Source: Dehalococcoidia bacterium (lineage in GTDB: Bacteria; Chloroflexota; Dehalococcoidia; Plut-88900). From it: a stretch of DNA of 64,000 nucleotides. Positions 18,563 to 27,862 of this stretch are shown in pieces. Location: positions 512,001-576,000 of the forward strand of contig CBDBLV010000005.1 in the NCBI GenBank assembly GCA_965207225.1, in the 5' to 3' direction. Both the position numbers and the translations under genes were made by a program. The notes under the pieces are model-generated. The model saw only the letters and a program-made list of their open reading frames with translations. It made no database searches and was not told the origin of the DNA. The stretch's first letter is position 1. Each line of letters begins with the position of its first letter.

Positions 18563-19162
18563 ATCCCTCCCAAGCTCCTGCTGGCCACCTCGAATCCCGG
18601 CAAGGTCCGGGAGTTGTGCCGGTTGCTCGCCGATGCCGACGTCACCGTCGTGACCCCCGCCGACTTGGGCATCTCCCTCGACGTCGATGAGACCGGCGAC
18701 ACTTACGAAGAGAACGCTGCCCTGAAGGCCGTCGCCTTCGCCCAGGCCTCCGGCCTCCCCTCCCTCGCCGATGATTCCGGCCTTGAGGTCGACGCCCTCT
18801 CCGGCGCCCCCGGCGTCCGCTCCGCCCGTTACTCAAGCACCGGCTTAGACAAGGACAACGTTGACCTCCTCCTGCACAACCTTACCGGCGTTCCCCACCG
18901 GAAACGCACCGCCCGTTTCGTCTGCGTCGTGGCCCTTGCCATCCCCTCCGGCGTCATCGAATACGCCCAGGGCAAATGTGAAGGTAAAATAGGCGAGGAA
19001 CGTCGAGGAGATGGGGGCTTCGGCTACGACCCCGTTTTCTTCCCCGAGGACCGACACCTCACCATGGCCCAGCTCCCACCCGAAGAAAAGAACTGCCTCA
19101 GTCACAGGGGAAGGGCTGTACGCAACGCTTTGTCCATCATTGAGCGTCTACTGAAGGATTAG
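18563..19162 (+). CDS. rdgB: non-canonical purine NTP pyrophosphatase (RdgB/HAM1)
   Basis: [47 protein letters not shown]. Start probably non-canonical (ATC at 18563). Confidence 0.9.
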   Translation: MPPKLLLATSNPGKVRELCRLLADADVTVVTPADLGISLDVDETGDTYEENAALKAVAFAQASGLPSLADDSGLEVDALSGAPGVRSARYSSTGLDKDNVDLLLHNLTGVPHRKRTARFVCVVALAIPSGVIEYAQGKCEGKIGEERRGDGGFGYDPVFFPEDRHLTMAQLPPEEKNCLSHRGRAVRNALSIIERLLKD

Positions 19163-19175
19163 GGAAGGGGCAAAA

Positions 19176-19652
19176 ATGCAAGACCTCAGCCACATAGATG
19201 AGCAGGGCCGGGCCCGGATGGTCGATGTCGGTGCCAAGCCCGACACCCAACGCGAAGCCGTCGCCCGTGGCCTCGTCACCATGAAGCCCGAGACCCTCAA
19301 GCTCGTCGCCGAAGGAGGCATTTCTAAGGGCGAAGTCCTCTCCGTGGCTCGTATCGCCGGCATCATGGCCGCCAAGAACACCCCCCACCTCGTCCCCATG
19401 TGCCACCCCCTCCTCCTCACCCACGTCGAGGTAGATCTCCGACTGGACACCGAGATCAGTGCCATCGAAATTACCGCCACCGTCCGTACCACCGGCAAGA
19501 CCGGTGTTGAAATGGAAGCCCTCACCGCCGTCTCCGGCAGTGCCCTCACCATCTACGACATGTGCAAGGCCGTCGACAAAGCCATGCGCATCGAAAAAGT
19601 CCGGCTTATTCGCAAGACCGGTGGCAAGTCCGGCGACATAGTCCTCGAATAG
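19176..19652 (+). CDS. moaC: cyclic pyranopterin monophosphate synthase
   Basis: [32 protein letters not shown]. Confidence 0.95.
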   Translation: MQDLSHIDEQGRARMVDVGAKPDTQREAVARGLVTMKPETLKLVAEGGISKGEVLSVARIAGIMAAKNTPHLVPMCHPLLLTHVEVDLRLDTEISAIEITATVRTTGKTGVEMEALTAVSGSALTIYDMCKAVDKAMRIEKVRLIRKTGGKSGDIVLE

Positions 19653-19760
19653 ACTTCTCCTATCCTTTCCCAGCCCCGAACGATATACTTATTGACACAC
19701 AATATGGTCGCGCCAGATCCATTCTCTCTCATGTCCTCCACCCAGGAGCAGAAATAGCTA

Positions 19761-21359
19761 ATGAAACGTCACTTCTTGAAGACTTCATGGGCTCTTTTCA
19801 TCGTCTTGGCAACTATTGGACTGGTCTTCGCCGTAGCCTGTGGCAGTGAAGAAGCTCCTACGACCGCCCCCGACCCCACCTCCCCACCCGATTCCGACAA
19901 CCGTGACCCCGAGGCCGACTTCTCCTGGCACCCCGGCGTCGTCCCCGAGGGCGATAACTACCAGACCACCTTCCACTTCATGGCCATGGCCTCCGACCCC
20001 GACGGCGATGACCTTGCCTACGAATGGACCTTCGCAGGCGGCCGCCCTCCGACCGCTTCCGGCGAAAACGTCCAGACATATTTCCCCGGTATCGCAGACT
20101 ACGATGTTACCCTGACCGTCACCGATGGCCGCGGCGGCGAGACCGTCGTCGCCCACGTCGTACCCTTGCAGAGGGGCGCTGCCCTCCCCACACCCGTCCC
20201 CGACGCCCCCACTACCGACCCCGACGCCCTGACCAAGTACACCTGGGAATACGTCGAGGTCGGAGAGGGTGCCAAGCCTGCCTTGGCCGTCGACAGTACG
20301 GGCCTTCCCGGCATCGCCTATATCGAAGAAGAGATCCACGGCAGGGTCCGCTACGGCGAATGGTACCCACCCGACGAATGGAACCCCGAATACTTTGGTT
20401 CCGCCGTCGTTGCGGAAGGCTACTTCTACGCCCCCCTGGACCTAGCCTACGGCCCCGACGACAGGGCCCACATCGTCTGGCACGACCACCAGGACCCTGA
20501 CACCTTCGTCCCCGAGCTGGGTGACGCCGCCTATGCTATCGAAGGGGAATTGGATTGGGAGGTGGATTATGCCTACAGTTCCGGCCACGACGGCTGGGAC
20601 GCCGCCATCGCCGTCGACTCCCAGGGCAACGTCCACATGATCGGCATCGACCCCCACAACTTCCTCCGTGAGGAAGGCGTAGAGCACTACTTCTACGATG
20701 GAGAGGAGTGGACCATCGAGTCCATAGGCTCCCCTCCCGTCCCCTATGAATGGGGTACCGGCCTTGTCCTCGACTCTCAGGACCGGCCCCACATCACCTT
20801 CCACGAGCCCTATTCCACAGACCTCTTCTACGCCACCAGGGGTGACGACGGCTGGGACATCTACACCGTGGAAAGCGAGGGTGATGTCGGCAAATACGCC
20901 TCCCTCGCCCTCGACCAAAACGACATGCCCGTTATCTCCTATCTGGAGCTCACCGGCCCCGAGAACGGCCTCAGCCACGGCAACATCAAGGTCGCCACGG
21001 CCACCGGCATGACCGATTCCGGCCCCGAGTGGGACATACAGCAGATCGGCCAGGTCGACGACCTCTTCATGGGCTTCCGGGGCGCGAGGCTCATAACCTC
21101 CATCGTCATCGACTCCGCCAACAAGCCCATCGTCGCCTACTCTGACCAGAGCACCATATACATCGCCTACATGGAAGGTACAACCTGGCAAAATGAGGTT
21201 ATACGCCACCGCGGCGAACTCCCATTTGGACAGCTGGTCAGCCTCGGAATAGACGCAGACGACACCCTCCACCTCGCCTTTACTGAGGTCACCCGCAGGG
21301 AATTCCCCGGTGTCTCAGGCATGGTCATGTACGCCCGGGGCACGGCCCAGGAGTTCTGA
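19761..21359 (+). CDS. PKD-domain lipoprotein with acidic repeat/beta-propeller-like region
   Basis: Lipobox AVAC; PKD motifs DPDGDDLAYEWTF and YDVTLTVTDGRG; repeated DS.G/D.PHI units. Confidence 0.75.
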   Translation: MKRHFLKTSWALFIVLATIGLVFAVACGSEEAPTTAPDPTSPPDSDNRDPEADFSWHPGVVPEGDNYQTTFHFMAMASDPDGDDLAYEWTFAGGRPPTASGENVQTYFPGIADYDVTLTVTDGRGGETVVAHVVPLQRGAALPTPVPDAPTTDPDALTKYTWEYVEVGEGAKPALAVDSTGLPGIAYIEEEIHGRVRYGEWYPPDEWNPEYFGSAVVAEGYFYAPLDLAYGPDDRAHIVWHDHQDPDTFVPELGDAAYAIEGELDWEVDYAYSSGHDGWDAAIAVDSQGNVHMIGIDPHNFLREEGVEHYFYDGEEWTIESIGSPPVPYEWGTGLVLDSQDRPHITFHEPYSTDLFYATRGDDGWDIYTVESEGDVGKYASLALDQNDMPVISYLELTGPENGLSHGNIKVATATGMTDSGPEWDIQQIGQVDDLFMGFRGARLITSIVIDSANKPIVAYSDQSTIYIAYMEGTTWQNEVIRHRGELPFGQLVSLGIDADDTLHLAFTEVTRREFPGVSGMVMYARGTAQEF

Positions 21360-21380
21360 CCCGCTTCCGGACGGTAGGGC

Positions 21381-21770
21381 CTACGTCCTGCCGGATCTCG
21401 CCAGCAGTTTGCTGACTTCCGACAGGGCGCTGTGTGCGTAGGAGATATACGTCAGGGTTGGTAGGTCCAGCTTCGTTAGCTTCTCCTCCCGCTCCATGTT
21501 CGTCGAAAACCCGAACGGCGAGGGGTTGAACCCTACTTCCAGCTCGTACAGTTCCCCATCCGGACACACCACCACGCAGCCCAGGTCCGATGACTGCCCC
21601 TCCGGTGGCTCCGCCTCTATCGCCCGCACCGTTAGGCTCCCGTAGAAGGTCGGAAAGGGGTCCAGCCGTGAGGCCGCCTCCTGAAGCAGCTCCTTCAGCC
21701 GGGCCGCAGCCTCCCCAAGCGTGGCGTCTGCCCGCTCCATGTAGCCGTCTGTTCGGGAGTTGCTAGCCAT
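21381..21770 (-). CDS. hypothetical protein
   Basis: Host-like codons; GAGGGG SD before ATG at 21770. Confidence 0.7.
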   Translation of the reverse strand: MASNSRTDGYMERADATLGEAAARLKELLQEAASRLDPFPTFYGSLTVRAIEAEPPEGQSSDLGCVVVCPDGELYELEVGFNPSPFGFSTNMEREEKLTKLDLPTLTYISYAHSALSEVSKLLARSGRT

Positions 21771-21900
21771 GGTCTCGCCCCTCTTCCGAGGAATTATATG
21801 GAGGCCCTTCAGGCGACACAAGGCGCAGGTGGTTTACCGACCCGACTTCTCGCTATAGAATGGGGGTGGCAGAACTTACAGATAGGACTGAGCGCCTGCT

Positions 21901-22281
21901 ATGGTAATTCGAAGACGAAACGGAGCCCGACCCACCGACTACATCAGCGATCTCCTCAGGGGAAGCACAGACTCCCTCCTCCTTGCCCTGGTCGGCGAGT
22001 CCCCCATGTACGGTTACAGCATCATCAAGGAGATCGAAAAACGCACAGAGGGGGAGCTTCGCTTCAAGGAGGGCACCCTCTACCCTGCCCTCCACCGCCT
22101 CGAAGAGGAAGGTCTTATTAAGGGTGAGTGGGTCTCCGTAAGGGGTATGGAGCGCCGCTACTACGCCCTTACCGAGCGCGGCGCCGAGGTCTTGGAAAAC
22201 CGCCGTAAACAGTGGCAGCAGTTCTCCAGCGCCGTAGACAGGATAATCAGCCCCTCCCCCACCCCTGACCCCACAGCCTGA
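21901..22281 (+). CDS. PadR family transcriptional regulator
   Basis: MYGYSIIKEI, GTLYPALHRLEEEGLI, RRYYALTERG. Confidence 0.93.
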   Translation: MVIRRRNGARPTDYISDLLRGSTDSLLLALVGESPMYGYSIIKEIEKRTEGELRFKEGTLYPALHRLEEEGLIKGEWVSVRGMERRYYALTERGAEVLENRRKQWQQFSSAVDRIISPSPTPDPTA

Positions 22282-22294
22282 CGGTCTGTTTCTT

Positions 22295-23266
22295 ATGAGT
22301 CCCAATCCACAGCTGGATCAATATCTCGACGAGGTCAGGCGCCACCTCAACCTCGCCCCCGAACGCTCCAACCACATTATCAGGGAGCTCAGGTCCCACC
22401 TGTTGGAGCGCTCCGAGGAGGGAGAGACCTCCGGCCTGTCGCGCCAGGAGTCCATATCTCGCGCCATACACTCCTTCGGCAGGCCCAGGGCCCTCGCCCG
22501 GCTCCTCTACGAGTCCCATCGCAAGACCAGCCTCGCCGAAATGGGTGTAGCCGCCCTCCCCTATCTGTTGATCGCCATCCTCTTCGCCATGGGCGGCTGG
22601 TCCAGCTGGCTCTGGTCCCCTCTCCTTCTTCTGCCCATCGTAATGGTCACCCTCTACGGCTGGTGGCAGGGGAAGCCTAGCTGGCTCTATCCTTGGGCGG
22701 GCTGGTCCCTCGTGCCCCTGGCCCTGGGCGCCTACCTCGCTGCACCCATCTTCCACCAGATGTACCAGGCCCTTGCAGGCACAGGCCCCGCCCCCGATCC
22801 CTTGGCCCTGTCGGGTCTCCTTCTCTATTTAGCCTTCTCTTCCTGGATCCTTGGCTCCACCACATTCAAGGTCGCAAAGCGGAACTGGACCCTCGCTTCC
22901 TTGATGCTGTTGCCTATTCCCGTCATGATTACCTGGCTCGTCGTTCAGGAACGTGCCGGTGGCCTCTTCGGTGGCCGCACCGACTCCCTCCACCACCTCG
23001 ACGGCACCATATCCCTCGTCAATGTCACCCTCGCCTTTGCTACCGTCGGCTTCCTCTATTTGAGAGAGAGCAAACTCAAGATATTCGGCCTCATGGCCGT
23101 GACCTTCTTTGCCGTGACCGTCATCCTCCGGGCTGCCCAGGCCGACATCGAGTTGACCTCCATGGCCGTCCTCGCCGCCGTCGTTTCGGCGTTGCTCCTT
23201 ACCCCCGCCATCATTGAGTCCGCCGCTGACATGATCGAGACCCGCCGCCGCGCCCGCGCCGGTTGA
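22295..23266 (+). CDS. PadR-associated membrane protein (HAAS-like N-terminus)
   Basis: YLDEVRRHL...IIRELRSHL...FGRPRALA followed by multiple TM helices. Confidence 0.75.
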   Translation: MSPNPQLDQYLDEVRRHLNLAPERSNHIIRELRSHLLERSEEGETSGLSRQESISRAIHSFGRPRALARLLYESHRKTSLAEMGVAALPYLLIAILFAMGGWSSWLWSPLLLLPIVMVTLYGWWQGKPSWLYPWAGWSLVPLALGAYLAAPIFHQMYQALAGTGPAPDPLALSGLLLYLAFSSWILGSTTFKVAKRNWTLASLMLLPIPVMITWLVVQERAGGLFGGRTDSLHHLDGTISLVNVTLAFATVGFLYLRESKLKIFGLMAVTFFAVTVILRAAQADIELTSMAVLAAVVSALLLTPAIIESAADMIETRRRARAG

Positions 23267-23295
23267 TTCCCCTCTTAACGTAACTCCACTTCCCC

Positions 23296-24045
23296 ATGAC
23301 TCTCGATTTCCACAGCGGCGACCCTGACAACCCTACCGGCCACGCCCTCCTCTTCTTCACCAACACTGAAGACGCCGGTTCCATCTATGCCACCTACCTC
23401 GTCGTGCCTCCCATCAAGATAGAGCTTGCCAAGTACATGCCCCCCATGTTCGCTTCCAACGTCTCCCTCTCCGATATGGATAGCGTATCCGCCATACCCC
23501 TCCCTCCCGTCCCCGAGCGCGTGGAGAGCCTTTCCTACCTGGAAGCCCTCGCCGCCTCCCGCGACGATGATCTGATCAACGGCGGCGCCGTCAACGCCTC
23601 TGAAGTCGAAAGAATGCTCCTCACCACCAGCGAGGCCGCCCAGGACTACCTGCGGCTCTATAACAGCCGTCCCCCCATCCCTGAATCCCTCGCCGAACTC
23701 GAGCCCCCCTCTTCCGAAGGCGACGTGGACGACCTGCTCATCCCTCTCATGTCCGACAAGGACAAGCTCGGAGAGCTTTCCAGGCTGACGGGTTCCATGC
23801 GCTACGCCATCGAAGGCAACGACCAGTCCTCCGCCGACCAGCTCCGTTCCCGCATGGAGGCCCTCGGCCGCCACCTCGACGAAAAGTTCCGCATACAGGA
23901 GCTCATAAAGGCGGCCCTTACGCCCGGCATCCTCGCCGGCCGACTCTCAGCCCTCTACACCGAGCGCTGCTACCGCCTCTGCGAAGAAGACTATTTGGAA
24001 GTCGCCCGCATCGAAGGTGAAATCGACCGCCTCCAACAACCCTGA
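23296..24045 (+). CDS. hypothetical protein
   Basis: 249-aa ORF with host codon bias, in operon arrangement. Confidence 0.75.
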   Translation: MTLDFHSGDPDNPTGHALLFFTNTEDAGSIYATYLVVPPIKIELAKYMPPMFASNVSLSDMDSVSAIPLPPVPERVESLSYLEALAASRDDDLINGGAVNASEVERMLLTTSEAAQDYLRLYNSRPPIPESLAELEPPSSEGDVDDLLIPLMSDKDKLGELSRLTGSMRYAIEGNDQSSADQLRSRMEALGRHLDEKFRIQELIKAALTPGILAGRLSALYTERCYRLCEEDYLEVARIEGEIDRLQQP

Positions 24046-24077
24046 CCCCATCCCCTCCTTCCATCTCACCCTTCCTT

Positions 24078-24115
24078 CCCATTCCGATGCCCCACGAGGA
24101 ATCTGGGGCGGGGCT
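24078..24115 (+). repeat. GTCATTCC..GAATC REP-like element
   Basis: cattccgatgccccacgaggaatctggggcggggct. Confidence 0.75.
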
Positions 24116-24233
24116 CCTGAACGGATAGCTCATCCAACCTGGACCTCCGCCACAACTCAGGAAACCTCGCAAAGTCCTCTGAGGGCGCGCAGACATCCGG
24201 TACCAAATACTCGGGAAAAAGACCCGACCCCGC

Positions 24234-24743
24234 CTACTGCTCTAGCAGATACTCAATAACCGCTTCGAGCTCTTCCGCCGTCAGCGTCTCGCTGAAGTTC
24301 ACCGGCATCAAGCTTTCCGGGAACCCATCGACAATGTACGCATTCGTGTCGATGATCGACTGCCGGATGTACTCTTCCGCACCTATCCCCGCAATCCGGG
24401 TTCCCGCAGTTTCAGCAATACCCCGCAAACTCGGGCCCAGGCCAACCGTCCCGTCCAGTGAATGGCAGGTCGTGCAAGTAATCGGAGACGCCGTATTGAA
24501 CACCCGCTCCCCGTCACTCCCCTCAAACTCATCCTCCGCGACCTCGGCAGGCGCCGAATCATCCGGCTCCTCCGCCAGGGTGCCGCTCTCCATTGCTCGC
24601 AGGACGGGGGTTGCAGTTGCATAAACATCCGGGTCCCCTGCTCCCCTGTCCCGGTTCGCCAGAACGGAAATGGGGACCGCCACCGCCGCTATAACTCCAA
24701 TTATTCCGCCTAGTAACAGTGCTTTCAGCGTCAAGTTAAACAA
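24234..24743 (-). CDS. membrane-anchored cytochrome c
   Basis: N-terminal TM helix, CTTCH heme motif, distal Met in LMP. Confidence 0.88.
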   Translation of the reverse strand: MFNLTLKALLLGGIIGVIAAVAVPISVLANRDRGAGDPDVYATATPVLRAMESGTLAEEPDDSAPAEVAEDEFEGSDGERVFNTASPITCTTCHSLDGTVGLGPSLRGIAETAGTRIAGIGAEEYIRQSIIDTNAYIVDGFPESLMPVNFSETLTAEELEAVIEYLLEQ

Positions 24744-24815
24744 GGGCTGTTTCTGTCCTCCAAGTCCTGCGCAAGAACGGCTAAAAGCCTAATTCATGGC
24801 CTGGGATAAGTCAAT

Positions 24816-24833
24816 GAGTGAAATATAGCACAA
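24816..24833. promoter_or_regulatory. Rex-like operator next to the cytochrome c promoter
   Basis: Minus strand TTGTGCT-ATAT-TTCACTC beside TTGACT-N17-TAGGCT (24814-24786). Confidence 0.45.
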
Positions 24834-24894
24834 ATGCCGAATTCCTCGCACCGCTCCCTCATACATTCTGGAACTTAGGCCCGGGACCGCCCCA

Positions 24895-25650
24895 TCAAAA
24901 TAGTCCGTTGATGTCTTCGATCACCTCGTCCCTGTCCAGGAATACCCCGAGATAGTAGCTCCGTATGTTCCCCTCGCCGTCCACCAGCACGAACACGTTT
25001 TGATGGTCGAAGTCTATTGAGTCGTCGATTTCCAGGAAGTCCCCCACCCCCTCCCCCCCGAGAAAGTCGGATAGCGAAGGGTCCCCCGGGTTCGACTCCA
25101 GGCTCGGCGCCAGATCATCTTCCAGGGCAGACATACCACCCCGCTCTGGCGTGAATGGCCTGTACGACACCCGGAACCCCCGCGTGATTATCCTGTCCAG
25201 TTGCTCCGCCGGCCCCGTCAAGAAGTCCCACTCCCCTCCCCTCGCCCCGAAGAGCCTCGCATACTCCCTCAACCTCTCAACCGTATCCCGTTCCGGGTCG
25301 AATGACATCGATACCAGCACAACCCTCTCCCCCAGCAATCCCTCTTCCTCCAGCCTGTCCCTCAGCAGCGCCATCTGCAGGGACAGCGTAGGGCACGTGT
25401 CCCGACAGTTCGTCCACGTGAAGTTCACCACGTACGCCTTGCCCCTCAGGTCCTCGCTGCTAAGCGACTCCCCGGTATGGCTCTCCAGTTCCCACGTCGG
25501 CGCGGGAATGGAAAGCTCGGGCGTAGCCGTCGGCTCAGGAGACGAACACGCAGTCAGGATAACTAGGAGAAACCCGGCCGCTAGGGCCGCGAATAGCTGG
25601 CCCTTGTACCTCCATAGGTTCTTGGACGACTCTCTCTCCACCCACCCCAT
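24895..25650 (-). CDS. SCO1/SenC copper chaperone
   Basis: CRDTCP (CxxxC), SFDPERDT, conserved His in DH; lipobox LTAC. Confidence 0.9.
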   Translation of the reverse strand: MGWVERESSKNLWRYKGQLFAALAAGFLLVILTACSSPEPTATPELSIPAPTWELESHTGESLSSEDLRGKAYVVNFTWTNCRDTCPTLSLQMALLRDRLEEEGLLGERVVLVSMSFDPERDTVERLREYARLFGARGGEWDFLTGPAEQLDRIITRGFRVSYRPFTPERGGMSALEDDLAPSLESNPGDPSLSDFLGGEGVGDFLEIDDSIDFDHQNVFVLVDGEGNIRSYYLGVFLDRDEVIEDINGLF

Positions 25651-25657
25651 CCCCGAC

Positions 25658-26560
25658 TCAAATCGCAATCGTGCTGTCCAGCATGATCGCCGTGAAAAGC
25701 CCCGCAAGATACAGGAGGGAATACAAGTACGCCGTCTTCGCCCGGCTCGCCTGCTCGTCCCGCCACAGCTTCACCGCTAGGAAGATGAACATCGCCCCTA
25801 GGGGCGCAGCGATGTAGAGATACAGCCAGTCCACGGCCTGCGTTGTGAAGAACACCATCGTCAGGGCTACCGTCAGGAAGCTGTAGAGCAGGATGTTCCA
25901 GGTAGTCTCCTTCACGCCCCGGACTACGGGCAGCATCGGGATATCCGCCCGAGCGTAGTCGTTGCGTATAAGCAGTGCCAGGGCCCAGAAATGGGCCGGT
26001 GTCCAGAAGAATATGATTGCAAAGAGATAAAGCGCCTCCAGGTCCAGCCCACCTGTCACCGCCGCCCACCCGACCATCGGCGGCACCGCCCCCGCAGCCC
26101 CGCCGATAACAATGTTCTGTGGCGTCCGCCTCTTCAGGTACGCCGTGTACACCAGCACGTAGAACACCGTCGCACCCAGCGTCAGGGCTGCACTTAACAG
26201 GTTGGCCCACACGGCCAGCACCGCGAACGCCGCCGCATTGAGCACGACCCCGAACGCCATCGCCTGCCACGCCATGATCCGCTGAGACGCCACAGGCCTC
26301 TTCTGTGTCCTAGTCATCTTCTGGTCGGAGTGCCGTTCCAGGAAGTGGTTCAGTGCGTTCGCCCCTCCCGACGCCAGCGAGCCCCCCGCCAGCACCACCA
26401 GTATCAACCATCCGGCTGGTATCCCCTGCTCCGCAAGAAACATCCCCCCCAGGGCAGTCACCAGCAGCAGTGAGATGATCTTCGGCTTGGTCAGGCTTAT
26501 GTAGTCATGTACCGTCGACACAACCCTGCCCCGCCCCCCGACTTCCTGCTCAACCAGCAT
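25658..26560 (-). CDS. ctaB: heme o synthase (protoheme IX farnesyltransferase)
   Basis: LTKPKII, D.KMTRT.KRP, LKRRTPQNIVIGG, FWTPAHFWAL. Confidence 0.95.
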   Translation of the reverse strand: MLVEQEVGGRGRVVSTVHDYISLTKPKIISLLLVTALGGMFLAEQGIPAGWLILVVLAGGSLASGGANALNHFLERHSDQKMTRTQKRPVASQRIMAWQAMAFGVVLNAAAFAVLAVWANLLSAALTLGATVFYVLVYTAYLKRRTPQNIVIGGAAGAVPPMVGWAAVTGGLDLEALYLFAIIFFWTPAHFWALALLIRNDYARADIPMLPVVRGVKETTWNILLYSFLTVALTMVFFTTQAVDWLYLYIAAPLGAMFIFLAVKLWRDEQASRAKTAYLYSLLYLAGLFTAIMLDSTIAI

Positions 26561-27512
26561 CCCGCACCTCGCTTCCGCCGCTCTTGTTTAGGTAGGCCAC
26601 CGCCACCATTAATACCAGGGCGGCCCACACGAAAGTAGCCACAGCAACGTGCATCACGTTAGTGGCCCGGTGGAACCCGACCATCACGTTGATCCCCCCC
26701 ACAACTATCTGCGCCACGAAAAGCGCTATGAACAGCGTCGCTATCTGGCTCAACACCGGCGCCCGACCCCGAAGGTTGTACGCCTGGTGCGCCGCAGCCA
26801 CCAGCACAGGTACGGCAACTATGGTTAACAGCCTGTGTCCCATGTGCACCCCTGTAAGGAACGTGTCCGGAAAGATCGACCCCGCACACAGAGGCCAAGA
26901 ATCCCCGCAGGCACCCGTGGCCCCTGTCGCCTGCGTATAGGCCCCACTCAGCATAACGCCCAGCATCAACACCAGTGCTCCAATGAACGTGTTGCGCGCC
27001 GTCTTCGACATTTGAGTGGGGCTCTCTTCACGGTCCCCCTTGGACCCCGCCCACCCGACCACCGTTATCAACAGCATCATCGCCAGCAGGGACTCGGCCA
27101 CCGTCAGGTGCGCCATAACCAGCCACTCGTTCAATTCCGTCCTCACCGTCACCCACCCCAGGATCACCTGGATCACCAGCAACATGAACGCCAGCACGAA
27201 GGCCGTCGTCAGCCGCCTGTCCTCTCGATGCGACCGCCAGATCGTCACCCCCGTACCAACCACTATCAACCCGGTTATCGCCGCAACAAAGCGATGGGAA
27301 TACTCGACTATGGCCTTGAATTCCGCCGGAGGAAGGACCTTTCCATAGCAGAATGGCCAGTCCGGACACCCCAGCCCCGAGTCCGTGATCCGCACAACTC
27401 CACCCAGGATGATCAGCCCTAGCAGGAATATGACGGAGGTCAGCGACCAGGCCCTTAGGCCCCGTCCGGCTCGCTTCGGCATCGGTTTCGTGGTGACCGT
27501 CTGTGCGACCAA
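26550..27512 (-). CDS. ctaA: heme A synthase
   Basis: GGVVRITDSGLGCPDWPFC, EYSHR, HMGHR. Confidence 0.92.
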   Translation of the reverse strand: MVAQTVTTKPMPKRAGRGLRAWSLTSVIFLLGLIILGGVVRITDSGLGCPDWPFCYGKVLPPAEFKAIVEYSHRFVAAITGLIVVGTGVTIWRSHREDRRLTTAFVLAFMLLVIQVILGWVTVRTELNEWLVMAHLTVAESLLAMMLLITVVGWAGSKGDREESPTQMSKTARNTFIGALVLMLGVMLSGAYTQATGATGACGDSWPLCAGSIFPDTFLTGVHMGHRLLTIVAVPVLVAAAHQAYNLRGRAPVLSQIATLFIALFVAQIVVGGINVMVGFHRATNVMHVAVATFVWAALVLMVAVAYLNKSGGSEVRDAG

Positions 27513-27576
27513 CTGGCCTCAGTCTTGGCTGGCCAACCCTCGCCGGGTAGGTCCCGATTTCCGCCTTAAAGTCCGT

Positions 27577-27594
27577 TTGTGCAGGATTGCACAA
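27577..27594. promoter_or_regulatory. perfect Rex-like palindrome at the ctaA promoter
   Basis: TTGTGCA-GGAT-TGCACAA just downstream of a minus-strand TGcTATAAT (27610-27602). Confidence 0.65.
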
Positions 27595-27767
27595 CTGGCA
27601 AATTATAGCATAGCCCCCGTGCCCCAGAGCATTAGACACTCTCCTCCCAATCCTTCCTCGGCTTGCCGCGGACCCCGCCTGGTGAGCTCCCCCACACCCC
27701 TCCACCCTCTGACCTGCAGCACGTAGAAAGCTCCCTGCCTCATGCCCCCTCCCACCCCAAAAAACTC

Positions 27768-27817
27768 TTGACGCCTTTTTCCATCTCTGCTACCCTCCCT
27801 AGTGAAAATTTTTACAG
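27768..27817 (+). promoter_or_regulatory. cox operon promoter with Rex-like box
   Basis: TTGACG-N17-TACCCT, then TAGTGAA-AATT-TTTACAG (27800-27817). Confidence 0.5.
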
Positions 27818-27862
27818 ACAACGCGCCCACCCCCGACACCCGTCTCGCGAAAGGTCCCCATA

